From Tubiluchus corallicola (lineage: Eukaryota; Animalia; Priapulida): 64,000 nucleotides of DNA. Shown in pieces: positions 27,801 through 39,831 of the stretch. Below the pieces are notes generated by a model that ran no database searches, was not told the DNA's origin, and worked only from the letters and a program-made list of their open reading frames with translations. Positions within the stretch are counted from its first letter, which is position 1. Each line of letters opens with the position of its first letter. The DNA is taken from the NCBI GenBank assembly GCA_030141605.1, contig JAQGDQ010000064.1, positions 610,116-674,115 on the forward strand, read 5' to 3'. Both the position numbers and the translations under genes were made by a program.

Positions 27801-30800
27801 AGAGTCACACTTGTTTAGAAAATCTCCATATTTCCAAGGGTAAGTTTACCATGTTTTAGATATACGGAATTCTAAAGATGCTAACACCCTCCAACAATTG
27901 TACTAGTGTTAGACGAAACTTTGTTATATTAAGCCATTTATTTTAATAACAAAAATCGATAATATTTAGCTTATATAAATAAATTTTTAAAAGTTTTATT
28001 TTTGTATTGACACAATAATTTTAATGAGCATTTGAGCATACGGAATTCTAAAGATGCTAACACCCTCCAACAATTGTACTAGTGTTAGACGAAACTTTGT
28101 TATATTATATCTGTTTTATCGGTTTTATCAAAACATCAGTTTGGCTTCCGTAAACACCATTCAACCATTGACGCCCTAATACACACAACAGAAAATTGGA
28201 GACATAGTTTAGACAACAAGCAATACATTTTAGCAGCATTTTTGGATTTAAGTAAAGCTTTCGATAGCATTAATCACGAACTACTTTACGATAATTTAAA
28301 ACAAATCGGATTAGATTCGATATCTTTAAAACTGATACAAAATTATCTCAAAGATAGACAACAACGAGTAAAGTTAGATACAACCAACTTTTCTGACTGG
28401 GCCACGTTAAACAGAGGTATACCGCAAGGAACACTACTAGGTCCGTTATTATTTTGCCTATATATAAACAACATATCCAGTGTATTAAAACACTCACAAA
28501 TAACGCAACACGCTGATGACACTACAATCTACATAGCCCATGAAAATGTCCAAACTGCAAAAAATTATTTAGAAGAAGATATAAAAAATATAAATATGGC
28601 ATTTAGTCATTACAAGCTAAAAATGAATAATGACAAAACAGAATTCATGATACTGTCACCCTCATTAAATACTAATGATGCATCATCAACCACTTTGACA
28701 ATAGATAATGCTGTAATCAAACAAACTAACAATGTTAAATTCCTGGGCATACAAGTAGACAATAATCTTTCATGGAATGATCACTTTAATAACATATACA
28801 CAAAAATGGCATCTAGCACATCATATCTCCGACAAGTTAAAGGGCAACTAACAAAGGAAACTAAAACACTAATATATAAAACTTTAGTTCTACCACACTT
28901 CTTATATGGATGTACGCTACTTCAAAAAACCAAAAGAGAAAATTACTTAAAATTAAATCTCCTTCAAAACTATGCGTTGAGATTGATAGCTGGGTACTCA
29001 TACAAACACAAGGCAGGTAGACAAAAATTCAAAGCTTCAACAACTAACCTGAGAAAAACTTTAAAATTCCCAATCATTGAAGCACACAAAGAATATTTTA
29101 CTCTGCTTTTTATATTTAAATACATTAACAACATCAGCAAACCATTCCAGAATAACAGATTTACCTTTTCCAAATCCTATCGTTAATTCCAGAACAAGCA
29201 ATCTAAAACAAATTAGGACAAATACCCACTATGGAACGAACTCTGTAATCAAACAAGCAATTTTACTTTGGAATTCTCTACCATTACAGGTTAAACAAAT
29301 CAAGTCCCTATCAGCATTTAAAACAAAATTAAAATCACTAATATTAACCAGATATGAAATGCCATCACACCAGTACGACAACATACACACTAATTCAGAA
29401 TTCATATACCCACGGCCATATTAATTAAATCATAGTTTTTTTTGTTTTTTTTTATTTTTTTTTTGTATATGGTTGTAAATATGTTTGATTTTATTCGTCA
29501 TTACTGCACAGTAGTTTAGATTGCACTGACGCATTTGCCTTCAGCAGTGTAAGTTTTTATTAACTAACACTGATTGATTATCTCTATAAAGTTTTTATCA
29601 GTGATTATCAATGTTTTTAATGGCAAATAAAGATTATTATATATATATATATATATATATTAAGCCATTTATTTTAATAACAAAAATCGATAATATTTAG
29701 CTTATATAAATAAATTTTTAAAAGTTTTATTTTTGCATTGACACAATAATTTTAATGAGCATTTGAGCTAACTACATTGCTACATTGCAAATTGCTTGTG
29801 TAGTTGAGTAGCATATTTATAGGTGTTTGTATATCATACTGTCTGTGGCATTAAATTGGTTCAGAATATCCATAGTTTAGTTTTTAACATTGTAGTTGTT
29901 AGCTAACTAACATAACTAAGTGTGCCAGCAGTTAAAACTTTAGTGCTTAAAAGTAATATCATCAGTTTTTTTATTGAAATAAACTGTTTCAAGGAAATTG
30001 ATTTTACGTTTATTTCTGTAGATAATAAGCACAATAGAACGATAAACAGAGCTTAATTAAAATCACTATTTAAAAATCTACTGCAAGAATATACCATTTA
30101 ATACATTAGTTCTCACATTTTAAATTGCAGTACTTGATTTCGGAGATGAATCAAAATCATGAAACGTCTAAGGTGCTATAACAGTTTCATTCTGCAGAAA
30201 ATTTTGTTTTGTCTGGCAAAAAACCTTGTTGTGCTTGGTTTATGTACAGCTAAGAATTTGCTAACATGCATATCTAAAATTGAGCGTAGTTAAAGCAGTT
30301 TTTCCACTCTGACCTAAACTTGAAAGGAAAACTAATCTGAATGCAGCATTCTTTTGGCAATTTTGTTTTACATGAAACGAACAAATTATAATACAGGCTT
30401 AATATTTTTGCAAATGATCTCATTTCTAGGCAATATGTTTCAATTGACAAAACTGGTAGCCGAACTATTGAAGTAGAAGATGGTTTCATTTGCTCTGTTC
30501 ATGGATTTTCATCTCCAATGAAAGTGCAAATTCTTGCAGAAGAAAGAGGTTACAACTACCAATTCCAGCCATATAGAATTTTAGTGATTGACCACATTAT
30601 TGCAGAAAATTATAAAATGGTATTGAAATATAGATTGAAGTTAATTATACTGTTTGAATAAATATTAAAACTTCTAAATTACAAGTCAAAATCAACCACT
30701 TTTGAATGCTTAATTATAACAGTGTTTATAGTCGGTAATTGTTTAACAGTTGACATTAGAATTATATTCCGCAAACTGTAGGTAACATGTTACGGAAGGA

Positions 30801-33800
30801 GTTTACAATTCCCCACACAATTTAAATACCATAACCCTAACCCTATGCTAACCTTAAAGCTAAACCTGACCTCAACCCTTACCCTAACCTCAACCTGCTA
30901 ACCCTAAACCTAATCAGCTTCAGGAACTCATTTCTTGTGTGTCGGGAATTGTAAACTTTAGCCCATGTTACATTCAAATGTATTACAAATGTGTTTTATA
31001 ATGATTTATTATACACACATAGATCTTCTTGATGCAGGTAAAGAATAAAGACTTACTGCAACGGTCTGTTTTATCTGTAGATCTCGTATCAGTGGGCTGC
31101 AGTTATGAAAGGTAAATATACCAAGATAAATTTTAGTTTTTATCATTGAACAATTGAATGCTGTTCTGCCTCTTGTGGACACTAAGGCTGATAATCAAAT
31201 GGTATATTTGGAATTTGAGTTGAATCTATTTAAAATTTCAAATTGAATATGAATTGAACAAAAAGAATTGATCTAAAGCAAGGATAAAAAATGAAGTATG
31301 TTTTAATTTTCAGCATGCTGTGCCATTTGCGTTATTAGATTCAAAATGCGATGGTTTACCATGACTCATTTTTGGTTTTATGCAAACTTCTTTCAAGAAA
31401 AACGCTTGGTTGCATAAAAAGTGTGATTTCCTTAAGACTACTTACCAGCATTAACATCACAAATTTCTCGAATCTTGGAGACAATCGAATTCAATGTTTT
31501 CAGATTCAATTGTTAGTTTTGGTGACACAGAGCCAGAATTTTAATAAGAAATTTATCATCAACATAGCAAATACAGTAGTTAATCCAACAAACACCAGAC
31601 TTTCCTATGCCAGCTTCCCTTTGTAGTTTGATTTCATAATGGGTTTGCTAAATAAAATATTAATGTTTCTGATGGCTGAAATTACCTAAGATCAGCATGA
31701 AACTGTAAAAATCGATTCCTTGTCCAAATTGTGGAAATATTTTTTAAGTACTACTATAGATGTGCAGTATGCCTAAATTTTATCTGTCTCCTTTCTTGCA
31801 GACAACAAAAGCATTACCATTTGCAGATCGATCAAACTCACATATGTTACCCAAGTTTTGTTTTGTTTTTGCAGTTGTTTAGATTATATCAATTTTCTGC
31901 CTGAAAAGGATAAATTTCTCAAATATATGGATGAGCAGGTGGAACAATTCTGTTATAGATACATGGTGTTGGAGGACTATCTCAGCGAAGCCAGCATCAA
32001 ACTGAAAAACATTTTTATATTATGTGTCAAAGTGAGTTTTTTAAATATGCTGTAACGTATTGTCAATTGTTTAATAAACAAAAGCACCATTAACGATATA
32101 TATTATGTTTTAAAACACCCTTACCCATATTTGTAAGCCATTCTAGTACAAGGATGTGTTTAACAAATTTGAGGAGTTCAGCTTTTGCTATAGGGTGGAT
32201 TCAATTTTTTGTGTAATAATACCTATCCTGTGTATCTTAAACTTGACTATGGAAAGCAGCAAATTTATTTTTTCAGAATTATTGCTACATCTAATTTATG
32301 TAGATGTAGATGTAATTCATAGAGGATGTACTAATGTAAAACTTCAGTAAAAGTTTTGCATACACCTGCTGTTTGTTCTGTTTGTAGTAGAGGAGTAAGA
32401 TAGCCGAAAGAGTTATTGAATGTGGTTGATACTCATCTGGGTTTACAGTTCATATGTGCCATGAATATGCATTATAATATTTAATTTGGCTTTTATTTAT
32501 AATATTTCATTGTATTATATATGGTAGTTACTGGTAATACTGATAAAGTTACATTATTCTTATTTTTTAAACATTTCATTTATTGGACATGGAGAATATA
32601 ACAGCAGTTTCAATCTGTTTATAATATTATGTTAACCTGCTTCATCTAGCACAGGCTTGCCTCTCATGAGAAAGAGAAACATGGACGTCCGAGACAAATA
32701 CTCGAAGTTGCTACAGAAACGTAAGCATTTGTATTTTTATTTAACATCAAAGTCAAACTAAACCCTTATTATAATATGAGCTTTCACAGCTTAAAATGTT
32801 ACTATGAATAAGAATATTAGATTTGTTTTACTAGAAATTTACTGTAAAACTATACGTTTGATTTTTTAACGCTCACTTGTTCACTCATAAATTTCAACAA
32901 CTGCCAATTTTTCGTTGCGCGAGACGAATCATTGCACTTTCTTTACACATGAGTACAGCATATAACCTTCGGTTGCTGTTCATGACTTTAAACCCTGACT
33001 TACTGACTCCTTACGTAGGTACCATGTCCTTGCATAAAATGTGATTGCTGTTATGAACTTTGTGGCTCCTTTGCCATTACTTTCAAGTGAAGTTATATTG
33101 TTAAAACACTATTTCACTTTATACACTGCTGGCTGCTCTGTAACATCCATTTGGGCATGCAGTATTTATAGCTTCTGCTCATATCTCTGGATGTTTGTAC
33201 GTCAAGTGCTGAAATAAATTTCTTGTTAAACTGCGTACTGATTTCTTTCTAACACTTTCTGCAGATTAGTTTGTTGATCTTGTTTTACACTGAAGTAATT
33301 CCAAATGCAACTTTTAGCCGCGGTCTTTTTACAGCAATAGTGATGGGTTGCATTTGTTGGATGCTTCTAGAGCAGAGCAATTGTTAGGTGATATATTTAT
33401 TAATGTAATATATAATCAATTCGCTAATATACATATGAAACTTTTTTATTTTCAAACTGCATAACTGATGTAGAAACCTTAGATTACTTTTCATAACTGG
33501 CCCAGTAAGTAGCGACTTCTGCTCCCATAATGCAGTAAGCCTACCTCATTACTGTATGTGCTATAGAAGCAATCAATTAGTATCGAGACGCAAATTTAAA
33601 TGCCTTGCAGAGTGATTTCATAATTTTTACAATTTTAGGATTGTGGTAAGATTTGCGACAGCTTGTAATTGAAAGTTTAAACTTGCTTACAATTTTAGAT
33701 GCTAATATATCTTTTTAATTTTTGAATGCTGTTTGTTGTTTTGCATCTGTCCCAATGCAGATCTGCCACTACCAAACCCAAGCGGAAAAGCAGTTGGAAA

Positions 33801-36800
33801 TTTTGCCGAATTATACATTTGGAAGACAAGAAATGGTTTATTTTACACTAATCACAGTTAGGCATTTGCTTTAAAAGTACCAATTAAATTAAATACATAA
33901 TATTCATATACATAGGCCTGTGTAGTATTAATTAATTTAAAAGTCATACTTGAACTGAAAGAATGGCTCATGTATGGAAATTTATCGTATATCACTAAAA
34001 TTTGCATTAAATTCGAAGATTTTAACATGGCGGCCTTCGCGGAAATGTACACATTCGAAATTTGAAACAAAAACACGAGTCATTTAATTTATGACTTTAT
34101 GCCCTTTCAGTAAGCGTGCCCTTATATTCTTTGTATAATCTTAATAATATGTTTAAAGACCTTTATGTCTGTTGGGATCGTTTAGGCCTTAAAGGCCTAT
34201 ATAAGAGACTTAAAAAGACAGAAGAGACCTAGCTAATTAAATAACTTTCCTTTTCCTAGTGAATTACTGTAAAGATCGCCATGCGTAAGCGAAAATGACA
34301 TACGAGACACAGAAAGCGTCTTTCGTTACCGATGTTTGTTTACCGATCTCTGGTGACCTTGCAATTGTACTCATAATGTCATTTGTCTCGCATAACGAAG
34401 AATGGCGGTTCTTCAAATTTAATACCGCTAACAACAAAGTGATACAAAATGAGAAGAAACTAGTTTTATAGTAAGTTTATAATAAAATCAATAGAATATT
34501 CGTAATGAGAGTAGATACTAAGTTTTAAAAGCTTATATTATAGGGAGTTTAGTTTGACTTCAAGTATTTATTAGTTATTGCCCATGCAATTCCACAAAAT
34601 CTGAGATTTACAGCTCAAAATCAAGGATGTGCTAAGACCTGTGATGACCAACGTAGTCTGATACCTGAAAAATAGTAAAACTTTGTTATCTTAGCAACCT
34701 TACCAGATAACCCTTTTAGCGCAATCATTCTCATATTTCATACTCTGTATTTAGCTGAATAAGATTGTCGCACTTACGGTATACTTCGCTTGATTTTACG
34801 ACCAGACAAGCATGCATGCAATGCATATGATGGCGGCTTTATTGCACTATTATATAACTATATGAACCAATTTTATCTCTTGTACACACTAGGAGATTGT
34901 TTTCACAAATTTCACAAATGCTAAAAATTTGCCTCTGATAACAAATTTTGCCAAGCTTTCTTCAATATCTAATTTAGTTTTAAGTAATTATTCCTGATAG
35001 TATTTAAATTTCCTTTAATTATTCTATAAAATTTTATAGCATCCTTGACATAGATGAATATTGTAACTATTTAAGCAATAAATGTTCTAGTTTCACAACT
35101 GTTTTAGATATGTTATGTACCACACACATTCGAAAATCTATCCTGTGATAGCCAGATGGTGCACAAAGGAGGACACTTCAGTATCACTGAAGATAGAAGC
35201 TATGCAAGATGTTACTCTTGACCAGTTAGAAATTAGGAAAGAACTACAATGTCCACTACCAAAAGCGGTAAGTTTAAGAACAGCAGTTTAATTAAAATGT
35301 AATTATTTCTATTTTAAGTGCATCTGGGTTTCTATTATTTTTAATGATTAGTTGATTTAGTGAGTAAAAGTGGTATACTTTACTACAAAAAAAGTGACAG
35401 TTCAATTAACAGGTTCTCGGACATCACTCACTTGGCATTTTTTACATATTGTATGGCTCGATTTGTTGTTGCAAAATGGAAAGTAATGTGTGCCTTTCCT
35501 AATTGTACGAACACTTGTACAAGGTTCAACACTGTTGTGAGCGTTTCTTAAACACATGTTGCATTTTAATGCAAAACTTGCTGTGTTTGTAAAAAATTGC
35601 TTTCTGCATGACTTTTTTTAAAATAAAAAACGAGATCGATTGTGAAAACCTAGATTTTTGTGAGTTTTTATAAAAAGTAGAGTAGTGTATGTGTATGCTA
35701 AACGAAGTCAGGTGTTTCATTTTTTTGTACTCATCTGATTTTTTTCAGATATGTGCGCTGCAGCAAATGAAAGATCTCCGGACGCCACTTGAAAAACTGT
35801 TTGCTATTAAGTCTTCTCTAGATCTGATTTCTTCTGAGGTTGATGAGTTCAGAGACTCTTCTGCCAGCTTCTTACAACCTAAAACTAAAAATCTCTTTCT
35901 AGCTTCCGACGACGTCCTGCCTCTTTTGGTAAAACTGCTTGTTGGCATTTTCGTTTTATAAAAGAAAATTGTACTTAATTAACTATCTGATTATCTGAGT
36001 TATTAGTGTCGTGTTTCTTCTACTTTGAAAAGGAGACTCTTCAGGTAATCGACTTGGAAAGAAAAAGGTGAAAATTGTTTCAGATGCAAATTCTAGCTAA
36101 AAAGCAATTTTTTAGCCATTGCATTTTTCCCACAGGATAGCAGAAACATATAATTCATAGCTGTTGATTGAAAAATTTATATTATGGTGAGCTTTATTCA
36201 CCTTAATTGTTCTTATTAAGTACTTGAACATGTTCCCAGTCAGTTTTTGAAATTTCTGTTGTATATCAAAATTCATGGAAACGTATCTATTTTTTAATAT
36301 CCATAGCCGATTGCTTAATTAACAGTCACCTGTGTGCACTCTATGTGTGTAGATATGCCCTTATTTTCTTATATAGTTTAGCTATATTATTATTTTTTAC
36401 TGTCTTCAAGGAGCCAATGTGCTGATTCTGAAAATGACGTTGAAGGCGAATATGTAGTTAAAAAGGGGTGACGTCATATTTTTTAGCATAGCAACAAAGT
36501 CAAACTGAAAATGTGACAAAGTGATTTTGACCGAATGAATGAATTTGTAATTTGAATTACCTAGTCCTTACGATTATAAAATATTATTGCAGTATGGAAG
36601 TATATTTAAAGCGTTACAGTTCGTGTATGTGAAGGGTGTAGCACCTAGGGAGAGGTGTGGTCCCTTTCCCATGATGCGAAAATATTTGAAATCAACCCTT
36701 AAAATTGAACATTTTAGTGATAATACTAACGAAATATTACTTATTATATCATAAAATCTATATTTTGTGTATGGATACGATGCAGTGTTAGCAAATAGTT

Positions 36801-39800
36801 CTGCATGTAAGGTATTTATTCAGGTTTCAGTGATAATTAGATGCAAAGATCTGCTTACGATGACGGACATTTACTACATGGAAAATTTTCACTGGACATC
36901 TATGAAGGATGACTTGGCGTTTTGCCTTACTACTTTCCGTGCTGCTGTATCTTACATAAGAAATACAAAATATCCATGTTCTGACAAACAGGAGGTAGGA
37001 CATACGGTTGCAAAACAATTTTAAATGTTGGGTAGGTAATTAAAGAGGTGCCCCCCCCCCACTTGGCACTTTGTTGCAGTGCACTATGAAAACATTGACT
37101 GTTAGAACTGCAGAAAGCCAATACACCTGACAATTTAATTTTTCCATGGTGGTCTGCTCTGGGCAGTGCTTTGGTTCAGCGCACTGAAAAGTCTGATTTT
37201 ATCGGATCAGTAGACAGGCAAAATACCTGACACAATTTAATTTTCCATGGATAGGCGGTGGTCCGCCCTGAGCTGTACTTTGATTCAGTGCACTGAAAAC
37301 GTTGATTCTATCGGATTAGTAGAAAGGTAAAACAACTGACAATTTAATTTTCTATGAAAATGCTGCATACGGTGTTAATTCCTTTGTAATATTTACATAG
37401 TTTTCCTTACTTTCAAAGTTCCTGTGCAGTACATGTTTTGAGTTAAAGTTCTGTGAAATATATTTATAATCACTCTTTCCTGTGTTAACATTTGAAAAAG
37501 TGCTCTCTGAGCATCACAATTTTTGAAGCATGCAACGAAAAATTAATTCGTTCACGAAAAAAAATTTTCAGTAGTACTTTATTTTACAAATCCAAAACAT
37601 TCCTACTCAAGGATGTTGGTACTTTGTTATTTCTTGTTAAGGGGAGGGTGGAGAAGAAGACAAAACTCAAATGCCACTCAGGTTCCACAAGTTCTAGTTA
37701 CACCAATGTTTGCATATTGACAAAAGTGAACCATTTACATGCCGTACTATGACAAATTTTGATATTTTGCTTTTAATAATCACTAGCTTTAGCTATCTAA
37801 TCACATTTCAATTTTTTATGCTACTAAATGTTAAAAAACTATGTAATTGACTTAGTTATACAATACTTTACTGATGCTGGTTCACTCACAATTAATTAAA
37901 TTTTGCTACCAAGCATGAAAGACAGGAAATGTGAAAAGGTTGGGATACAGCCTGGATTTAATAGTTTGCATCATTATTGATAATAATCTTGACATTAAGA
38001 TCATAATAATTAAACATTACTGAATTGTTCAGAATGGCTGCCATGTCTTTTTGTTTAATTTATAATATTTTTTTGCTTAGCTTGGACTTTATAGTCTTAC
38101 TTCAGAAATGAAAGATTTACGTTTTGATGAGGAAAATTTGGCAAAAATACCGACTGATTATAACGAGCCTGTTTCTTCTTCTTTGCCTGTTGCTTATTGT
38201 AGTCTAGTTACATCTAGTTCTGCGGCCAAAGATGTGAAACAAAAATTAAAAGAACGATCTCAGGCAACTGTAGGTATGTAAAGTTTGTGATATGTTTGTG
38301 CATGTTTGTGCTTACATTAAAATCTTATAATTGACTGTTTTTTAGTTTTAGAAAATTGTCTATAATTAAAATAAAAATATAACGCAGGATTGATATCTGA
38401 TATAAGGATATGTTACGTAGGCCATGGCAACTGGAGTACCGTCAGCGCGGCATATGTTGATAGAAGTTTCACACATTTAGAAATTAAAAAGAATGGAATG
38501 GAGATTTATTTATCTGACATCAGATATTATCAAGATTTCCCATTCCTGACATCAAAATTTTTACGATGCATCAAGTTGACTTGCATATTAAAATAAAATT
38601 ATGCATCAGGGCATAATACATTTTAGCAGCATTGTAGGCCCCTGGGCAAAGCAGTGCACTGGGGTCCCTACCTACAAAACCACTTACTGTAATAAAAATG
38701 TAAATCGTCGATAAAATAAAATATATACTTATTGTGTTGCTACTTCCAGTGTTTAAACATTAAAAAACACCCTTTACATCAAAGATTAATCGACGCAACT
38801 GTTTGAACAATAAAATATGAACCTTGAAAAACATAAAAATTTCAACATAAATGATACTCAATTGGTAAACCATACAGACGGAGATGGCGCAGTATGAAAT
38901 TATTATGAATTATCTATTATTAATCAAATGTTCAACACAAACATTTGCAATAATTACTTTATAATTTGCTTGAAGTCAATTGTCTTCAGCATGTGATTTT
39001 CCGTAATATATTATACTATTTATTTATTGACAGCAAGTCACCACAACAGACAGAGATTAGCTGGGCCCCAATGCTCGTGGGCCCCTTGGGCTAACTGCCC
39101 AGCGTTAAGCTGGCCCTGTTATGCAGAGATCTATTCTATAAAAAAGTACTGTATTATGAAATGACAAATCACTAGAGTGAAATAAACTAGAAGCCCTATT
39201 AATTCCTTTAGTCATTTTTTCTTGCAGCAGCAAAGATGTAAAATTTAAACAGTGCAACAGTTAGCAATCTTAACTAATTTTTTACGTGTAGGATCTAACT
39301 GCAGCAAAACAGAATCTGTTTCTCTAGTAACACCGGAAATTATTCCATTACCTGGTGAAGAATCACAGCAAAATAATTTGGGGTCAGTACTTAAAAATTT
39401 TTATGTGAAACAGAAACAAGTGTTAGGCAAAAAACAATTTATATAATTGAGCAAATATTTGGCATTTTTGTGATTTAAGCTTGCATCTGTTCATCAAAAT
39501 ATTTGCTTAAACTGGTTTTTATTTTAGCTGTGAATATGATAAAGTGAGTGATAATTCTGCTTCTTCAAAGTTATCTCAGAAAGTTTTGATTTTCAAATGT
39601 ATTACTTTTCAGTTCATGTATAATCCTATGCTGATGAACCCAAGAAGACATTACAGGTTATTTAAAATGTAGAGATTTAAATATTAGTAAACTGCAGTTA
39701 TGTGTATTTATCAGTATTGTTGTTCTTTGCTATGTTTTTAGTGAAATTGTTTTTTGGTTGTTGTTTTTAGGGATTTTTTGAAGGTGTTACAAGAAAATGG

Positions 39801-39831
39801 CCTTGGCTGGTCTTATGGAAGCCAGTTGTAG
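24819..39831 (+). CDS. VPS9-domain Rab GEF related to the N-terminal half of VARP/ANKRD27, no ankyrin repeats, 517 aa
   Basis: 13 exons, all GT-AG and in phase (1554 nt): 24819-24881, 27217-27322, 27803-27839, 30430-30619, 31038-31111, 31875-32031, 32650-32720, 35108-35267, 35749-35928, 36824-36994, 38081-38273, 39292-39382, 39771-39831. VARP-like N-terminus (NDLDYNKFFSDLQ, LICIP, ESHL, VQILAEERGYN, YRILVID); VPS9 core RTPLEKL, LASDDVLPLL, KDDLAFCLTTFRAAVSYIR. Confidence 0.85.
26462..26962. mobile_element. hAT-type MITE (TAGTGATGG family), copy 1
   Basis: TIRs TAGTGATGG / CCATCACTA; TSD GTGTAATG / GTTTAATG; homologous to 62329-62723. Confidence 0.8.
27862..29768 (+). repeat. 176-bp tandem duplication whose second copy is split by a LINE
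   Basis: Copy 1 is 27862-28037. Copy 2 is 28038-28107 plus 29663-29768. One substitution seen (TTTGTATTGA vs TTTGCATTGA). Confidence 0.9.
28108..29660 (+). mobile_element. 5'-truncated L2/Crack-type LINE in intron 3 of the VPS9 gene
   Basis: RT from HQFGFRK through DLSKAFD, GIPQGTLLGP and HADD (YADD mutated); frameshift ~29180; LWNSLP C-terminus; 3' end TGGCAAATAAA plus (AT)n tail; TATATTA on both sides. Confidence 0.9.
30794..30963. mobile_element. 170-bp MITE with GG...CC ends and telomere-like (TAACCC) core
   Basis: Inverted arms AGTTTACAATTCCC.ACACA / TGTGTCGGGAATTGTAAACT; perfect 8-bp TSD CATGTTAC (30786-30793, 30964-30971). Confidence 0.75.
33940..34560. mobile_element. Possible Kolobok-like non-autonomous DNA transposon
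   Basis: TTAA then AAGTCATACT at the left end, AGTTTGACTT at the right end. The right ~100 bp recurs, inverted and degenerate, at ~32750-32852. Confidence 0.4.
37076..37356. repeat. Tandem repeat, ~2.6 copies of a ~100-110-bp unit
   Basis: CAG.GCACT..AAA...CTGACA(CA)ATTTAATTTT.(C)ATG occurs three times. Confidence 0.75.
38607..39118. mobile_element. hAT-type MITE (CAGGGC...GCCCTG)
   Basis: TIRs CAGGGC / GCCCTG, subterminal GGCCCC motifs, TSD TTATGCAT / TTATGCAG. Confidence 0.75.

Noticed and set aside
37076-37356. Repeat-spacer look suggesting CRISPR (also 54890-55030)
   Set aside because: Eukaryotic intron, the whole unit repeats including the would-be spacers, and no cas genes are present.
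39613-39656. Possible extra exon of the VPS9 gene (ttttcag...ag|gttatt)
   Set aside because: It hits TGA within a few codons in the required phase, and the donor is weak.
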